Origin: an uncultured Chloroflexia bacterium
GTDB taxonomy: Bacteria > Chloroflexota > Limnocylindria > Limnocylindrales > CSP1-4
Reading direction: 5' to 3'
Length of the DNA stretch: 64,000 bases
NCBI GenBank assembly: GCA_963696045.1
Contig: CAVOIR010000001.1
Span: forward strand, 139,199-203,198
How positions within the stretch are numbered: the stretch's first letter is position 1; each line of letters starts with the position of its first letter. The position numbers were made by a program, and so were the translations under genes. Under the pieces are notes generated by a model. That model saw only the letters and a list, made by a program, of their open reading frames with translations. It was not told the origin of the DNA and searched no databases. Below are positions 8,641 to 19,908 of the stretch, one piece after another.

Positions 8641-9421
8641 ATGAGCGAAGCCGACTGGTGGCTCTGCGAGCGTGCCAGAGCCTGAACAACCTGTCGGCGC
8701 GTCAGCTGCTACTCCTGTCGCCGACGCAAGCCGAAGCGCGCTCAGCGAGCCAGCCAGCACCTCGGCTATCGAGTGATCGTGAGCTGGGACGGGAAGGTGC
8801 GCCTCGAGCAGGCAGGACCGCCTCCGCCCGAGATTCACGTCCAGGAGGCCGCCAAGCGGCCGCCACCGCTCCGCGACCCGGTCCCGCGGAGCATCGTCGA
8901 GGTAGCCCCGCCTCCGCCGGAGGGCGCCCGCATCACCTACTGGCTAGGTGATGCCGCCAGGATCCTCGACGACCGGCGAGCGTCCCGCTGCCGGCCAGGC
9001 CCATGGTCGCCATGCCCATCGTGCCAGGCGCACCGCCACCACCACCGGCCCGGCCCATGGTCGCCATGCCCATCGTGCCAGGCGCACCGCCGCCACCACC
9101 GGCCCGGCCCATGGTCGCCATGCGCATCGTGCCAGGCGCACCGCCGCCACCACCGGCCGGCCCATGGTCGCCGTACCCATCGTGCCGTCAGCACCGAGCT
9201 TCCCGCACTGGCGTGAGCTGCTGGACGTCCCGAAGCCCGATCCAGCGCGACTTCGACAGGCACTCGGGTCAGCATCGAATCGGTCCTCGCGAGCCACGCA
9301 GACGGCATCGACCGGCCTGCTGGACCGAGAGGAGTCGGCACCGCACGAGCCCTCCAGCGTCAGCGAGCCCTTCGGGGCATGGCCTGCCGCTGACCTTGCC
9401 GCCAAGCGCTGCGACGTCTAG
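8641..9421 (+). CDS. Paralogue of the RanBP2-type zinc-finger/Pro-rich protein (several frame changes)
   Basis: MSEADWWLCER... restores WLCERC.SLNNLSARQCYSC after one deletion and one insertion. Then GYRVIVSWDGKVRLE and PPLRDPVPRSIVEVAPP are colinear with 1430..2131. This is followed by PMVAMPIVPGAPPPPPAR repeats. Confidence 0.55.
9001..9175 (+). repeat. 54-bp tandem repeat, about 3.2 copies, inside the paralogue's Pro-rich region
   Basis: Copies of CCATGGTCGCCATGCCCATCGTGCCAGGCGCACCGCC[A/G]CCACCACCGGCCCGGC begin at 9001, 9055 and 9109. A partial fourth begins at about 9162, one base short. Confidence 0.85.
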
Positions 9422-9461
9422 ATGACCTTTCGTCGCCGCGTGCGATTCGACCCCCGGCGGG

Positions 9462-10340
9462 CTACGTAGCGAAGCGGTCGACGTACCGGCAGCGGGGCGC
9501 GATGGGGCAGTCGTCGCACTCGGGCGCGCGCGCGTGGCAGGTCTGGCGACCGTGGGTGATGAGCCCGACGTGCATCGGGTAGGACTGCTCGGGCGCGAGC
9601 AGCCCGAGATAGCGGTCATGGGCCTGCTCGGCGGTGACCTTGGCCGGCAGCAGGCCGATGCGCTTGGAGACCCGCTCGACGTGGCGGTCCACGGGCATGA
9701 GCGGCATGCCGAACGAGAAGAGCAGCACGACCGAGGCGGTCTTCACACCGACGCCATCGATGGCCGTGAGCCAGGCTCGTGCCTCCAGGGGCGCCATATC
9801 GCCGAGGAACTCGAGGGAGTGGCTGCCATGCGCTTCGCGCAGCCGTGCCAGCGAGGCCTGGATGCGAGGGGCCTTCTGGGGCGCCAGGCCGCCCGGACGG
9901 ATGACCTCGATGAGCTCGTCGAGCGGCGCGGTCTCCACGGCCATCCAGTCGGGTGGAGCCGCCAGCGCCAGGCCGGCGCCGCCCCAGCCGGGCCGGTTGG
10001 CCCTGTCGGCCGGGCCGCCGCCTGCGGCTGCCGCGCGTCCGGAGCCCTCATCAGCCGCAGCGACGCCCGGGTAGGCCCGCCGCAGCGCCTCGAAGGCCTT
10101 CTCGGCGTTCACATCGGCCGAGTTCTGGGACAGGATCGTGAGCACGAGCTCCGAGGTCGGGTCGTGGACGCGCTGCCAGACCGGTCGGCCGTAGGTCTCG
10201 GCGAGCCGGTCGAGCACGTACTCGACGAGCCCCGGGCGGCTCATGCGCAGCCGCCTGGCCCAGGGCCGGATCGGATCGGCCCGCCGCCTCCGCCGCGCCG
10301 GCTTTCGGGCGGCGTCGACCTTCGCTCGAGGCGACTTCAC
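9462..10340 (-). CDS. Endonuclease III-like HhH-GPD base-excision glycosylase
   Basis: Intact 292 aa. The HhH motif is LTAIDGVGVKTASVVLLF, followed by PVDRHVERV. The C-terminal Fe-S Cys cluster is CHARAPECDDCPIAPRC. A Gly/Ala-rich insert is present. Confidence 0.8.
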   Translation of the reverse strand: MKSPRAKVDAARKPARRRRRADPIRPWARRLRMSRPGLVEYVLDRLAETYGRPVWQRVHDPTSELVLTILSQNSADVNAEKAFEALRRAYPGVAAADEGSGRAAAAGGGPADRANRPGWGGAGLALAAPPDWMAVETAPLDELIEVIRPGGLAPQKAPRIQASLARLREAHGSHSLEFLGDMAPLEARAWLTAIDGVGVKTASVVLLFSFGMPLMPVDRHVERVSKRIGLLPAKVTAEQAHDRYLGLLAPEQSYPMHVGLITHGRQTCHARAPECDDCPIAPRCRYVDRFAT

Positions 10341-11525
10341 GGCGCCAGTCTCCCGGCCAGGTCGAGGAGCCGGGCCGCCCGCTCGGCCGCCCGCTCGATG
10401 GGCGCCACGCCCGCGGCCCGCACCTCGTCGAGGCTCATGGGACGCTCGATGACCGGCAGGCTGACCGCGCCGAGCCCGGCCATGACGGCGGCGCCCTCGG
10501 GCGTCACGCCGCCGCCGAAGCAGATGACCGGGACCCCGCTCGCCCGTGCCCGCTCGGCGACGCCCATGGCCGTCTTGCCGAAGGCGGTCTGCGCGTCGAC
10601 GCTGCCCTCGCCGGTGAGCACGAGGTCGGCGCGCGCGAGCTCGTCGACGAAGCCGGTCAGCTCCATGACCACCTCCACGCCCGGGCGGACCTCGAAGGAG
10701 GCGAAGCGATCGGCGATGGCCAGCAGGCCGAACGTCGTGCCGCCGGCGGCGCCGGTGCCCGGCTCGTCGCGCAGGGTCCGGCCCACGGTCGCCTCCATGA
10801 CGTCCGCGTAGCGGCGCAGATTGCGATCGAGGCCCGCCACCTGCTCCTCGTCGGCGCCCTTCTGCGGGCCGTACGTGGCTGCCGCGCCGAGCTCGCCCAG
10901 GAGCGGGTTCGTGACGTCCGAGGCCACCGTGAGGCTGACCTCGGCGAGGATGGCCGGGATGTCCGAGAGGTCGATGCGTGGCCAGGTCCCCGAGCGCGCC
11001 GCCGCCTGGCGCCGAGGTCCACGCCGCCGGCGTCGAGGAAGCGCGCGCCGAGGGCCTCGAGCAGCCCCGCGCCGCCGTCGGTCGTGGCGCTGCCGCCGAG
11101 GCCCAGGACGATGCGCCGGCAGCCCAGGCCGATGGCCGCGGCCAGGATCTGGCCGGTGCCGAAGGTGCTGGCGGCCATGGCGTCGCGCTCGCCGTCCGCC
11201 AGCCGCGACAGCCCGGAGGCCTCGGCCAGCTCGACGACGGCCCGGTCGCCGTCGCGCAGGAAGCTGGCGCCGAGCGTCCGCATGAGCGGGTCCTTGGCGG
11301 CGACGGGCAGCCGCAGCCCAGCCACCGTTCGCGGCGACCGCATCGAGCGTGCCCTCGCCGCCGTCGGCCATGGGCGCAAGCCTCAGCGCGTCCCGGGGTC
11401 GCGCCGCGGTCCAGCCATCCGCCAGCGCGCGCGCCACCACGACCGAGGAGAGGGAGCCCTTGAAGGAATCGGGCGCCACGAGCACGCGCGAGGCGGCCGG
11501 CCGATGCCCTTCGGGTCCGCCGGGC

Positions 11526-11533
<8 letters not shown>
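10337..11533 (-). CDS. Glycerate kinase (three frame pieces)
   Basis: N-terminal motif RVLVAPDSFKGSLSS. The middle piece in another frame reads GLGGSATTDGGAGLLEALG. The C-terminus reads VPVICFGGGVTPEG. The ATG overlaps the gpgS stop (ATGGCTGA). Confidence 0.8.
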
Positions 11534-12529
<996 letters not shown>

Positions 12530-12544
12530 GGCACGCTCGGCGGC

Positions 12545-13430
12545 CTCGAGCGGTCTCGGCCTGCTCGGCGCGCTCCTCGAACGGTCGCGGTCGTGGGCGG
12601 CTCGCGGGTCTTGACCACGATGACCGTCGGGCGCGCCTCCTGGGCGACGTGCTCGGCGAGCTGGCCGAAGAGCGAGGCGCCGGGGCTGTCGACGGCGGTG
12701 GCGGTGGCGCCCATGACCACGAGCTGCGCATCGGCGGCCTCGCGCAGGATCGTGGCGCTGACGTCGTCGCCCTCGACGAGCCGTGCGGACGCGGGCTCGC
12801 CGGCGTGCGCGCGCACGAACGCGCGCAGGGCCCGCTCGGCCTGCGCACGGATGGCCGGGTCGAGCGCTGGCGGGACGACGTGCAGCACGGCGAGCTCGGC
12901 GTCGAAGGCCGAGCGCAGCGCGGCGGCGAAGCGCAGCGCCAGCTCGGCGTGCGGCCCGCCGCGGACCGGCGCCACGATGCGCCGCACCTCGCTGACGCCG
13001 CGCTGCTTGACGACCGCGATGTCGCAGGGCCGTTCGCGCACGACCTCGTCGATGGTCGGGCTGAAGACGGCCTCGGTCGGCGGCATCGGACGAGGCCCCG
13101 CTGGCCGGCCGGGGTCGGGCCGCCCCAGCCGAAGAGGATGAGGTCGGCCTCCTCCTCCGCCGCGAGCTCGACGATGCCCTCGGCGGCGCGGCGCCCGATG
13201 CGCACGACGGTGCGCAGGTCGACGCCCTCGGGCGCGAACTCGAGCACGCGCTGCAGCAGGCGGCGCGCCTGGCGGGCCCGGGTCGCGCCCTCGGAGAGCG
13301 GCACGCCCTCGGGCACCTCGACGATGGAGAGCGCGGTCAGCGTGCCCCCGTCGCGCAGGAGCGCCGCACCGATGCGCACCAGGTCGGCCGCCGTGCGCGG
13401 GTTGGCGAGCGGGATGAGGATGCGGCCGGG
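12545..13430 (-). CDS. Tandem universal-stress-protein (UspA) domain protein; boundaries unresolved
   Basis: Two USP-like halves are present: ILIPLANPRTAADLVRIGAALL...ADLILFGWGG and RIVAPVRGGPHAELALRFAAAL...AQLVVMGAT...PTVIVVK. No clean start or stop could be fixed because of frame changes. Confidence 0.55.
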
Positions 13431-13439
13431 CAGCGGCCG

Positions 13440-14791
13440 CTCGCGGTCGCTCGATGCCGGTCGCCCAGCCAGCGCTCCGACGAAGCTCGGGCTTGGCCAG
13501 CTCGAAGGCGCGCGCCTGGCGCTCCACGAGGGCCTCGGCCTGGTGCGTCGTCAGCTCCCGCGTCTCGATGACCAGGCTGGCGACCCGCCCGAAGTAGATC
13601 GGCACCAGCGCGGCGACGAGCGCGCTCGACCTCCGCGACGCCCGTCGCGCACGGCGATGGCCAGGTCGTAGACGACGTGCGCCCAGAGCTCGTCGGGGAG
13701 GTGGAAGGCCACGTCGTCGATGCCGGTCGGGGTGTCTGCCCGGCCCGACTCGTCCAGGGCGGCCGCGGCCTCATCGGCCAGGCTCAGGACGGCCTCGCAG
13801 CGGGCCGGGGCGACGAGCAGTCGCCAGGTGTCGGCCAGCGTGACCCGAGCGCGGGCGAACGAATCCAGCAGACGCGCCGAGGTCGACCTCGAGCGGCGGC
13901 GGGTCGGCGAAGCGCTCGAAGCCGTAGACCGGCACGTCGTGCGAGCCGCGCACGGGCAGCCAGCGGTCGGCGTGGCGCCGTCAGAGCCGCAGGAGCGTGC
14001 CCACGACCTGGCTGAACATCGGCCCGAGGTCCGCACCGGGGTCCTTGGGGTCGTGGACCTTGGCGCCCAGGCGGGTCTGGCAGACCGCGAAGCCGCCGGT
14101 GATGGCGGTCGTCGTCATCCAGATGTCGATGCCGAAGCGGGAGACGTCCGGCGTCCAGTCGTCCTGGGCCAGGTAGTGGCGGACGAGGTCGCCGCTGACC
14201 CCGAAGTCGCCGCCGATGGGCTGGCGGATGCGCAGCCCGTAGAGCGCCCGCGTCAGCGGGTAGGTGACGGTGTTCGTGATCGTGCCGTCGTACTTGTAGC
14301 GCGGGTAGAGCGGCGCCACGTAGTCGAAGCCGCCCTTGAGGATGGGCCCGGCCAGCAGCTCGATCCACTCGGGCACGATGGAGCGCAGGTCCGAGTCGAC
14401 CACCACGAGGGCCTCGACGTCGAGCGTCTCGGCGATCTGGAAGATCGTGCGCAGGGCCGCGCCCTTGCCGCCGACGCCATCGACCTCCGGGTACGTCAGG
14501 CTGATGCGCTGCAGCTGGTTGCGCGGCCGGACCAGGAGGATGCGCTCGACGTAGTCGGGCGGCTCGGTCTCCACGACGACGCGCCCGGTGCCGTCGGGCG
14601 AGCCGGCGTCGGCGTTGACGAGGACGGGCTCGCAGGTCGGGGAAGTACTGCACGAGGCCGGCCTGCGCGGCGCGCGCGACGTGGCCGATGGTGGCCGCGT
14701 TCCGGTAGCTCGGGATGCCGACCATGATGTCGGCCGAGCCCAGCCGCCGCACCTCCTCGGCGATGGCCTCGGGCAATGAGCTCACGGGCAT
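13440..14791 (-). CDS. GT-A glycosyltransferase resembling mannosyl-/glucosylglycerate synthases (several frame changes)
   Basis: Motifs seen: IMVGIPSYRNAATIGHV, GGKGAALRTIF, VVVDSDLRSIVPEWI (DxD), RQPIGGDFG, FGIDIWMTT. Their order is colinear with the retaining glycosylglycerate-synthase fold. A helical C-terminal region of about 150 aa follows. Confidence 0.55.
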
Positions 14792-14825
14792 GGCCCGCAG
14801 ACTACACCGAGATGCCCTCTGGTCT

Positions 14826-15575
14826 CTATCGGCCCACGCGCTCGACGATGCGCCACTCCGTCGTGTCCCGGCCCGGCAGGTAGCGGCTGTTGGCGGCCTT
14901 GAGGATGCCGCCTCGCAGGCCCAGCGACTTCCAGGTCGCGATCCACGTCTCGACGGGTGGGCGCACGTGCACCGAGGTTCGCACCAGGTCGCCCGGGCTG
15001 ATGACGCTCTCGAGGAGTCGTTTGCGCTCGAGGAGCGGGACGTCGAGCAGGGAGGTGCCGTCGACGCGGAGGAGGTCGACGGCGATGAAGCCGTCGCGCT
15101 CGAGGGGCTCCCCGGCCCGGCCCTGCTCAGCGGCAGTGCCCTGCTCCGAGGTCGTCCCTCGCGGCACGACCTCGAGATCCACGCGGCGGCTCAGGAAGAG
15201 GCCGGGACGGCCGCGCATCTCCGGCACGATGGCCGCTCCCACGCCGTCGATGCCGACCTGCCGGCTGATGACGCCGTCGATGACCGCGTCAGATGCGGCG
15301 ACACTGGCGGCCACCGCATCGCGCAGGGCCGGCAGCTCGGCGGCCACGTCGGCACCGAGAGCCTCGATCAGCTCCACCTCCGGGCCGGCCGCACCCCGTG
15401 CCGGGACGGCGACATGGCAGATGACCCGTGTGCCGCTCCAGAAGGGCTCGACGATGGGGTCGCGGATGTCGAAGGTCCGTCGCCCCCGGTAGGGGCGCAT
15501 CGGCTGCCAGTCACGGGGGTCAGCGGAGTCCGGCGCGTCGGGGTCCGCGACGTCCGGCGTCCGATGGTCGGCCAC
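14826..15575 (-). CDS. ATP-dependent DNA-ligase-like adenylation domain lacking the motif I lysine
   Basis: Intact 249 aa. Motif V-like GILKAANSRYLPGRDTTEWRIVE and motif III/IV-like segments are present. Motif I reads EPFWSGTR instead of EPKxDGxR. No OB domain is present. Confidence 0.55.
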   Translation of the reverse strand: MADHRTPDVADPDAPDSADPRDWQPMRPYRGRRTFDIRDPIVEPFWSGTRVICHVAVPARGAAGPEVELIEALGADVAAELPALRDAVAASVAASDAVIDGVISRQVGIDGVGAAIVPEMRGRPGLFLSRRVDLEVVPRGTTSEQGTAAEQGRAGEPLERDGFIAVDLLRVDGTSLLDVPLLERKRLLESVISPGDLVRTSVHVRPPVETWIATWKSLGLRGGILKAANSRYLPGRDTTEWRIVERVGR

Positions 15576-15599
15576 GGCGAGCCAGGCCTCCCGCCGCTG

Positions 15600-16572
15600 T
15601 CAGCGGGGGCGGTCCTGCTCCATGAGCTGCCAGGCCGACCCGATCATCTCGCCCAGCGACCCGCGCGTCGGCTCCCAGTCGAGGACCGTCCGGGCGCGAT
15701 CGGCGGCGGCCACCAGCACGGGCGGGTCGCCGACACGGCGGGGACCGAAGCGGTGGGGGATGGGCCGGCCGATGATGTGGCTGGCGCTGTCAAGCACCTG
15801 CTTGACCGAGAAGCCGCTGCCCGAGCCGAGGTTGCAGACCTCCTGGCCGGGTTCCATGCGAGCCGTCAGCTCGAGGGCCGCGAGGTGGGCATCGGCGAGG
15901 TCCAGGACGTGGATGTAGTCGCGGATGGCCGTGCCATCGGCCGTCGGGTAGTCGTCCCCGAACACCATCAGCTCCGGGCCGCCCAGTGCGGCCCGCAGGA
16001 CGCTCGGCACCAGGTGCGTCTCAGGGTCGTGACGCTCACCGTACTGCTCGCTCGCGCCCGCCACGTTGAAGTAGCGCAGCGACACGGAGCGCAGTCCGTA
16101 GGCGGCATACCAGGCCATGGCGCCCTCGAAGGCCAGCTTGGAGGCGCCGTAGGGGCTCATGGGACGGGTGGGTGCCGTCTCGCGGATGGGCACCTTCTCG
16201 GGTTCGCCGTAGACGGCGGCCGTGGAGCTGAAGACGAGGCGATCGACGCCGGCCTCGCGGAGGGCATCGAGGAGGGCGATGCCACCGACCACGTTCTCGG
16301 TGTAGTAGAGACCGGGCTCCCGGACCGACTCCGCGACGATCGAGCGGGCGGCGCAGTGCAGCACCGCCTCGACGTGGTGCTGTCTGAGGAGAGCGACGAG
16401 CGCGGGCTGGTCGGCGACCGAGTGGACGCTCAGCTCGAGCCCCGCGGGCGACTGCCTCGCGATGCCCGGTCACGAGCGAGTCGACGACGATGACCTGATG
16501 GCCGGAGAGGATGAGCTGCTCGACGCTGACACTGCCGATGTATCCGGCGCCGCCCGTCACGAGGATGCGCAT
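15600..16572 (-). CDS. galE: UDP-glucose 4-epimerase (frame change about 16380-16440)
   Basis: [14 protein letters not shown] at the N-terminus, [17 protein letters not shown] (YxxxK), [12 protein letters not shown]. Confidence 0.85.
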
Positions 16573-16919
16573 CAGCGGCCCCGCAGCCGGTCGAGGAACG
16601 ATCGCCGCGACGCATCGGAGGGCTTCGGCGTGCCTGGACCCTGGGTCCCCGGCACCGGCTCTCCGCGGGCAGCGAGGACCTCCGCCAGGCGCGCCGACAT
16701 GCGCCTCGCCATGTCGTTCTCGGGGTCGACCCGGAGTGCGTCCGCGGCCAACGCCTGGGCACGCCGGTCGTCGCCCTCCGCGAGCGCGCAGCGCGCCAGG
16801 CCGACGATGGCGATGGCGTTGCGTGGGTCCGCCTCGGCGACCCGCGCGTACATCCGCCGGGCCTGCTCGACCTGGTCGACGGTGAGCAGTCGGTCAGCCT
16901 GGAGGAGCTGCTCGATCAC
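16572..16919 (-). CDS. Small TPR-like protein
   Basis: Intact 115 aa. Helical repeats ([34 protein letters not shown]) look TPR-like. Its stop overlaps the galE start (TGATG). Confidence 0.45.
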   Translation of the reverse strand: MIEQLLQADRLLTVDQVEQARRMYARVAEADPRNAIAIVGLARCALAEGDDRRAQALAADALRVDPENDMARRMSARLAEVLAARGEPVPGTQGPGTPKPSDASRRSFLDRLRGR

Positions 16920-16928
16920 CCGTCGAGA

Positions 16929-18244
16929 CTACCCGATGCGCGGCGGCGCCGGATCGCCCTCGTTGGCCTCGGCGCGGAGCTCGTCACGGAGCTCGTCACG
17001 CAGGAGGCTCGCGCGCGTCAGCAGGGTCATCCTCTGGTTGAGCGCCGGGTCCTCGATGACGTCTCGCAGAAGCCGGTCGAGCACCCGGCCGATGGCCGGG
17101 CCCTCTGGGAGCCCGAGCGTGTCACGCACGTCGCGCCCGTCGACCTCGAGATCGGCCAGGGAGAGCGGCGCACCGGCCGCGTGCTGGGCCTGCACGCGTC
17201 GGGCGAGGAGCTGCTCGCGTTCGATGCCGCGGGCATCCCCGGGCGCGACGCGTGCCCCGCGCAGGGCGAGCAGATCATCGAGTAGCCCGGGCGCCACGCC
17301 GGCCATGTAGCGGCGCACGTCCGCATCGCTCCAGGAGGCCGTCTCCATGATCGGCGGCTGCCTCGATGAGCGCCGTCACCGCATCTGCTTCCCGGGCGGC
17401 CACCCGCAGGCGGTCGAGGGCCGCCCGGGCCGCCATCGGGCCGGCCTCGCAGAGCAGGGCGGCGAGCGCGAGCCGGGTCCGCCCGGGTGTCTGAGCCGTC
17501 ACCGCATCGAGCGTCCGCAGCGATCGATCGAGACCGTCCTCTCCTTCGGCGGCATGAACGTCGTGGCGGCCAGCGAGAGTATCGAGCTCGGGCAGGACGA
17601 GCGTCAGCATGCCCGTCTCCCGCAGCAGGCGGAAGGCCTTCGACGGTCGATCCGCCTCCAGCATGCGCAGCACCTCGCCGGCGATGCGTTCCTCTGAGAC
17701 CCAGCGGAGATCCGCGGCATGCGAGCACATCGCGGCGAGGGTGACCGGCTCGATCCGGAAGTCGAGGCGGGCCGCGATACGGATGGCGCGCAGGAGCCTC
17801 AGGGCGTCCTCGTCGAAACGCTGGCGGGGGTCTCCTACCGCGCGGACGAGCCCTGCGCGGAGGTCGCCCCGGCCGTCGGCAGGGTCGACGAGCCGGGTCG
17901 GAGAACCCCGGCTCCGGCTGCCCCAGGCGATGGCGTTGATGGTCAGGTCCCGCCGCGCCAGGTCCTCGTAGACGTCGTCGCTGAAGGTGACGCTGTCGGG
18001 ACGACGATGGTCCGCGTAGCGATGCTCACGCCGGAACGTGGTCGATCTCGAGGCCCCGGGCCTGGACGGTGCCGAAGCGGTTCGTGTAGGTGCTGCCTGG
18101 AAAGACCTCCAGGATGCGCTCCGGTCGTGCGTCGGTCGCGACATCCCAGTCGGTGACCGAGCGTCCGAGGAGGGCGTCGCGGACGCCCCCGCCCACGAGA
18201 TAGGCCGCGTGACCACGCTGCCACAGCGCATCGAGGGCGGCCAT
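16929..18244 (-). CDS. cca: CCA-adding enzyme / tRNA nucleotidyltransferase (frame changes; start uncertain)
   Basis: AAYLVGGGVRDALLGR..DWDVAT, RDLTINAIA, DALRLLRAIRIAARL. The C-terminal piece is 16929..17348. Confidence 0.75.
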
Positions 18245-18311
18245 CGTGGCGGGCTCGACGGGGAATGGCGGCCCCTCCACGTCGACGGGGCCACGGTCGG
18301 ACAAGGCGCCC

Positions 18312-18824
18312 TCAGCGATGGAGCGGAAGGTAGTCCCGCCAGGCCTCGTTGCGGGGATCGGTGAGGTAGGAGGCGTACATCGAGTAGGCGTCGCAGTAGG
18401 GCTCGCGCGGGGACTTGCGCAGGCGCATGCCCGCCTCCTCGGGGAGCCGGCCGCCCTTGCGGTGATTGCAGGAGCTGCAGGCCGCCACCAGGTTGTCCCA
18501 GCTGTGCCCGCCTCCGCGGTGGCGGGGCACGACGTGGTCGAGGGTGAGCTTCTGGGTGTGGTCGCCGCAGTACTGGCAGCTGTGGCCGTCCCGGGCGAAC
18601 ACCTCGCGTCGCGAGAGCCGCACGCGCGGGCGCGGACGCCGGATGCGGTACTGCAGCTTGATGACCGATGGGGCACGCAGGACGGTGGTGGGCGTGCGGA
18701 CCTCGGTGTGGTCGTACTCGATGACCTCGGCCTTCTCGCCGAAGACGAGCCGGAAGGCCCTGCGAAGGTCGCAGACGTTGAGCGGCTCGTAGTCGGCATT
18801 CAAGAGAAGGACGACGCTATCCAA
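18312..18824 (-). CDS. HNH endonuclease family protein
   Basis: Intact 170 aa with TTG start. CQYCG...LTLDHVVPRHRGGGHSWDNLVAACSSCNHRKG is the HNH motif with both CxxC pairs. Confidence 0.8.
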   Translation of the reverse strand: MDSVVLLLNADYEPLNVCDLRRAFRLVFGEKAEVIEYDHTEVRTPTTVLRAPSVIKLQYRIRRPRPRVRLSRREVFARDGHSCQYCGDHTQKLTLDHVVPRHRGGGHSWDNLVAACSSCNHRKGGRLPEEAGMRLRKSPREPYCDAYSMYASYLTDPRNEAWRDYLPLHR

Positions 18825-19083
18825 CGCTCACCTCGGGTCGACGTGGGCCCCACGCTCCGGTGGCATCGTAACGCACCGCACCGTCACCCCACGGTCGGCC
18901 CTCCGGGCGGTGTACCAAACGCTCAGGCGGGGTCAGCCGCCCGGCGCGCAGCGGACCGCACCGCAGGCTCCCGCACCGCCTGGATCATGGGACGACCGGG
19001 TGATGGCGGGATGACCGTGGGGACCATAGGGTCCGATATGTCATCGACCCGAGCGCAGACATCGTCACAGACAGGGGACTTGG

Positions 19084-19392
19084 ATGATGAACGCCTACTG
19101 CCCGGAGTGTGAGACCGACCTCGACGCCGCGACCGGCATCTGCCCGGCCTGCCGCTGGGATCCCCAGGGCGTCATCGAGACCTCGGGCGTGCGGGTCACG
19201 CGCATGGTGCACGCACCCGAGACGTCGCTGACCGAGCGTTACCGAGGCACCGCGTACGACTTCTCCCTGCTCTCAGAGGCCGCGGAATCCCGCCAGGGCA
19301 TCTCCCGCGGGCGCACCCTCGTGATCATCGGCCTCATCGGGGCCGTGGTGCTCTACGGTGTCATCCTGACGGTGATGATGGGTCCCTCATAG
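19084..19392 (+). CDS. Zinc-ribbon protein with C-terminal TM anchor
   Basis: Intact 102 aa. CPEC-x10-CPAC is followed by the hydrophobic helix LVIIGLIGAVVLYGVILTVMM. GGGGA lies upstream of the ATG. Confidence 0.45.
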   Translation: MMNAYCPECETDLDAATGICPACRWDPQGVIETSGVRVTRMVHAPETSLTERYRGTAYDFSLLSEAAESRQGISRGRTLVIIGLIGAVVLYGVILTVMMGPS

Positions 19393-19908
19393 ACCGGCTC
19401 GGCGCTCCGTGCGCGCCGGAGGTCGCGCCGCGACCGCGGTAGCGATCCGCAGACCCTGCACAGCGGACCGAGTCGCCGCCGGTACCGCGCCGCGGCTCGC
19501 GTCGGGGGCGCGCTGACTCACGCCGATTCCGCGCGCCGTCGGACGATGCCTGACGGCGCGATCGCTCGCGTGCGATGGACCGTCCGGCGATGGGATCAAG
19601 ACAGCCTCATGCGTCCCGAGTACGGTCGCGGTGGCGGCGGAAGCGCCGACCGCTGAGCGTGGCCGGCGCACGATCGCCGCGCCAGACCCTTCGTGGAGCG
19701 GTGGCGATGGCCGCCGAGAGCGCCGACTGCCCATCCGTGCCGTCTGCCTGCAACGATCGGCAGCGGATGAGGCCGCGCCGCGGAGACCTGCACCGACGCG
19801 CGGTCGAGCGCGGGCGGCTCGCAGGCCGGCGGCCGTGACAGACCTGGGCAGGCGACGTCGGAGCCGGATCGGCGGAACCTGCGCGGTGCAGCGGAACTGG
19901 ACGGTCGC

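Noticed and set aside
8995-9175. Possible CRISPR-like array suggested by the regular 54-bp periodicity
   Set aside because: The copies are contiguous with no unique spacers. They are in-frame and encode a proline-rich peptide repeat inside a gene whose paralogue has a similar tail. No cas genes are present.
14715-16493. 592-aa plus-strand ORF, and many other long ORFs antisense to recognised genes (e.g. 13720..14727, 9534..10811, 23733..25313, 48840..49634)
   Set aside because: They lie opposite genes with clear family motifs (galE, the GT, endonuclease III, the ATPase, the ABC protein). They translate to low-complexity R/A/G/P/D-rich sequence, the typical shadow ORFs of high-GC DNA.
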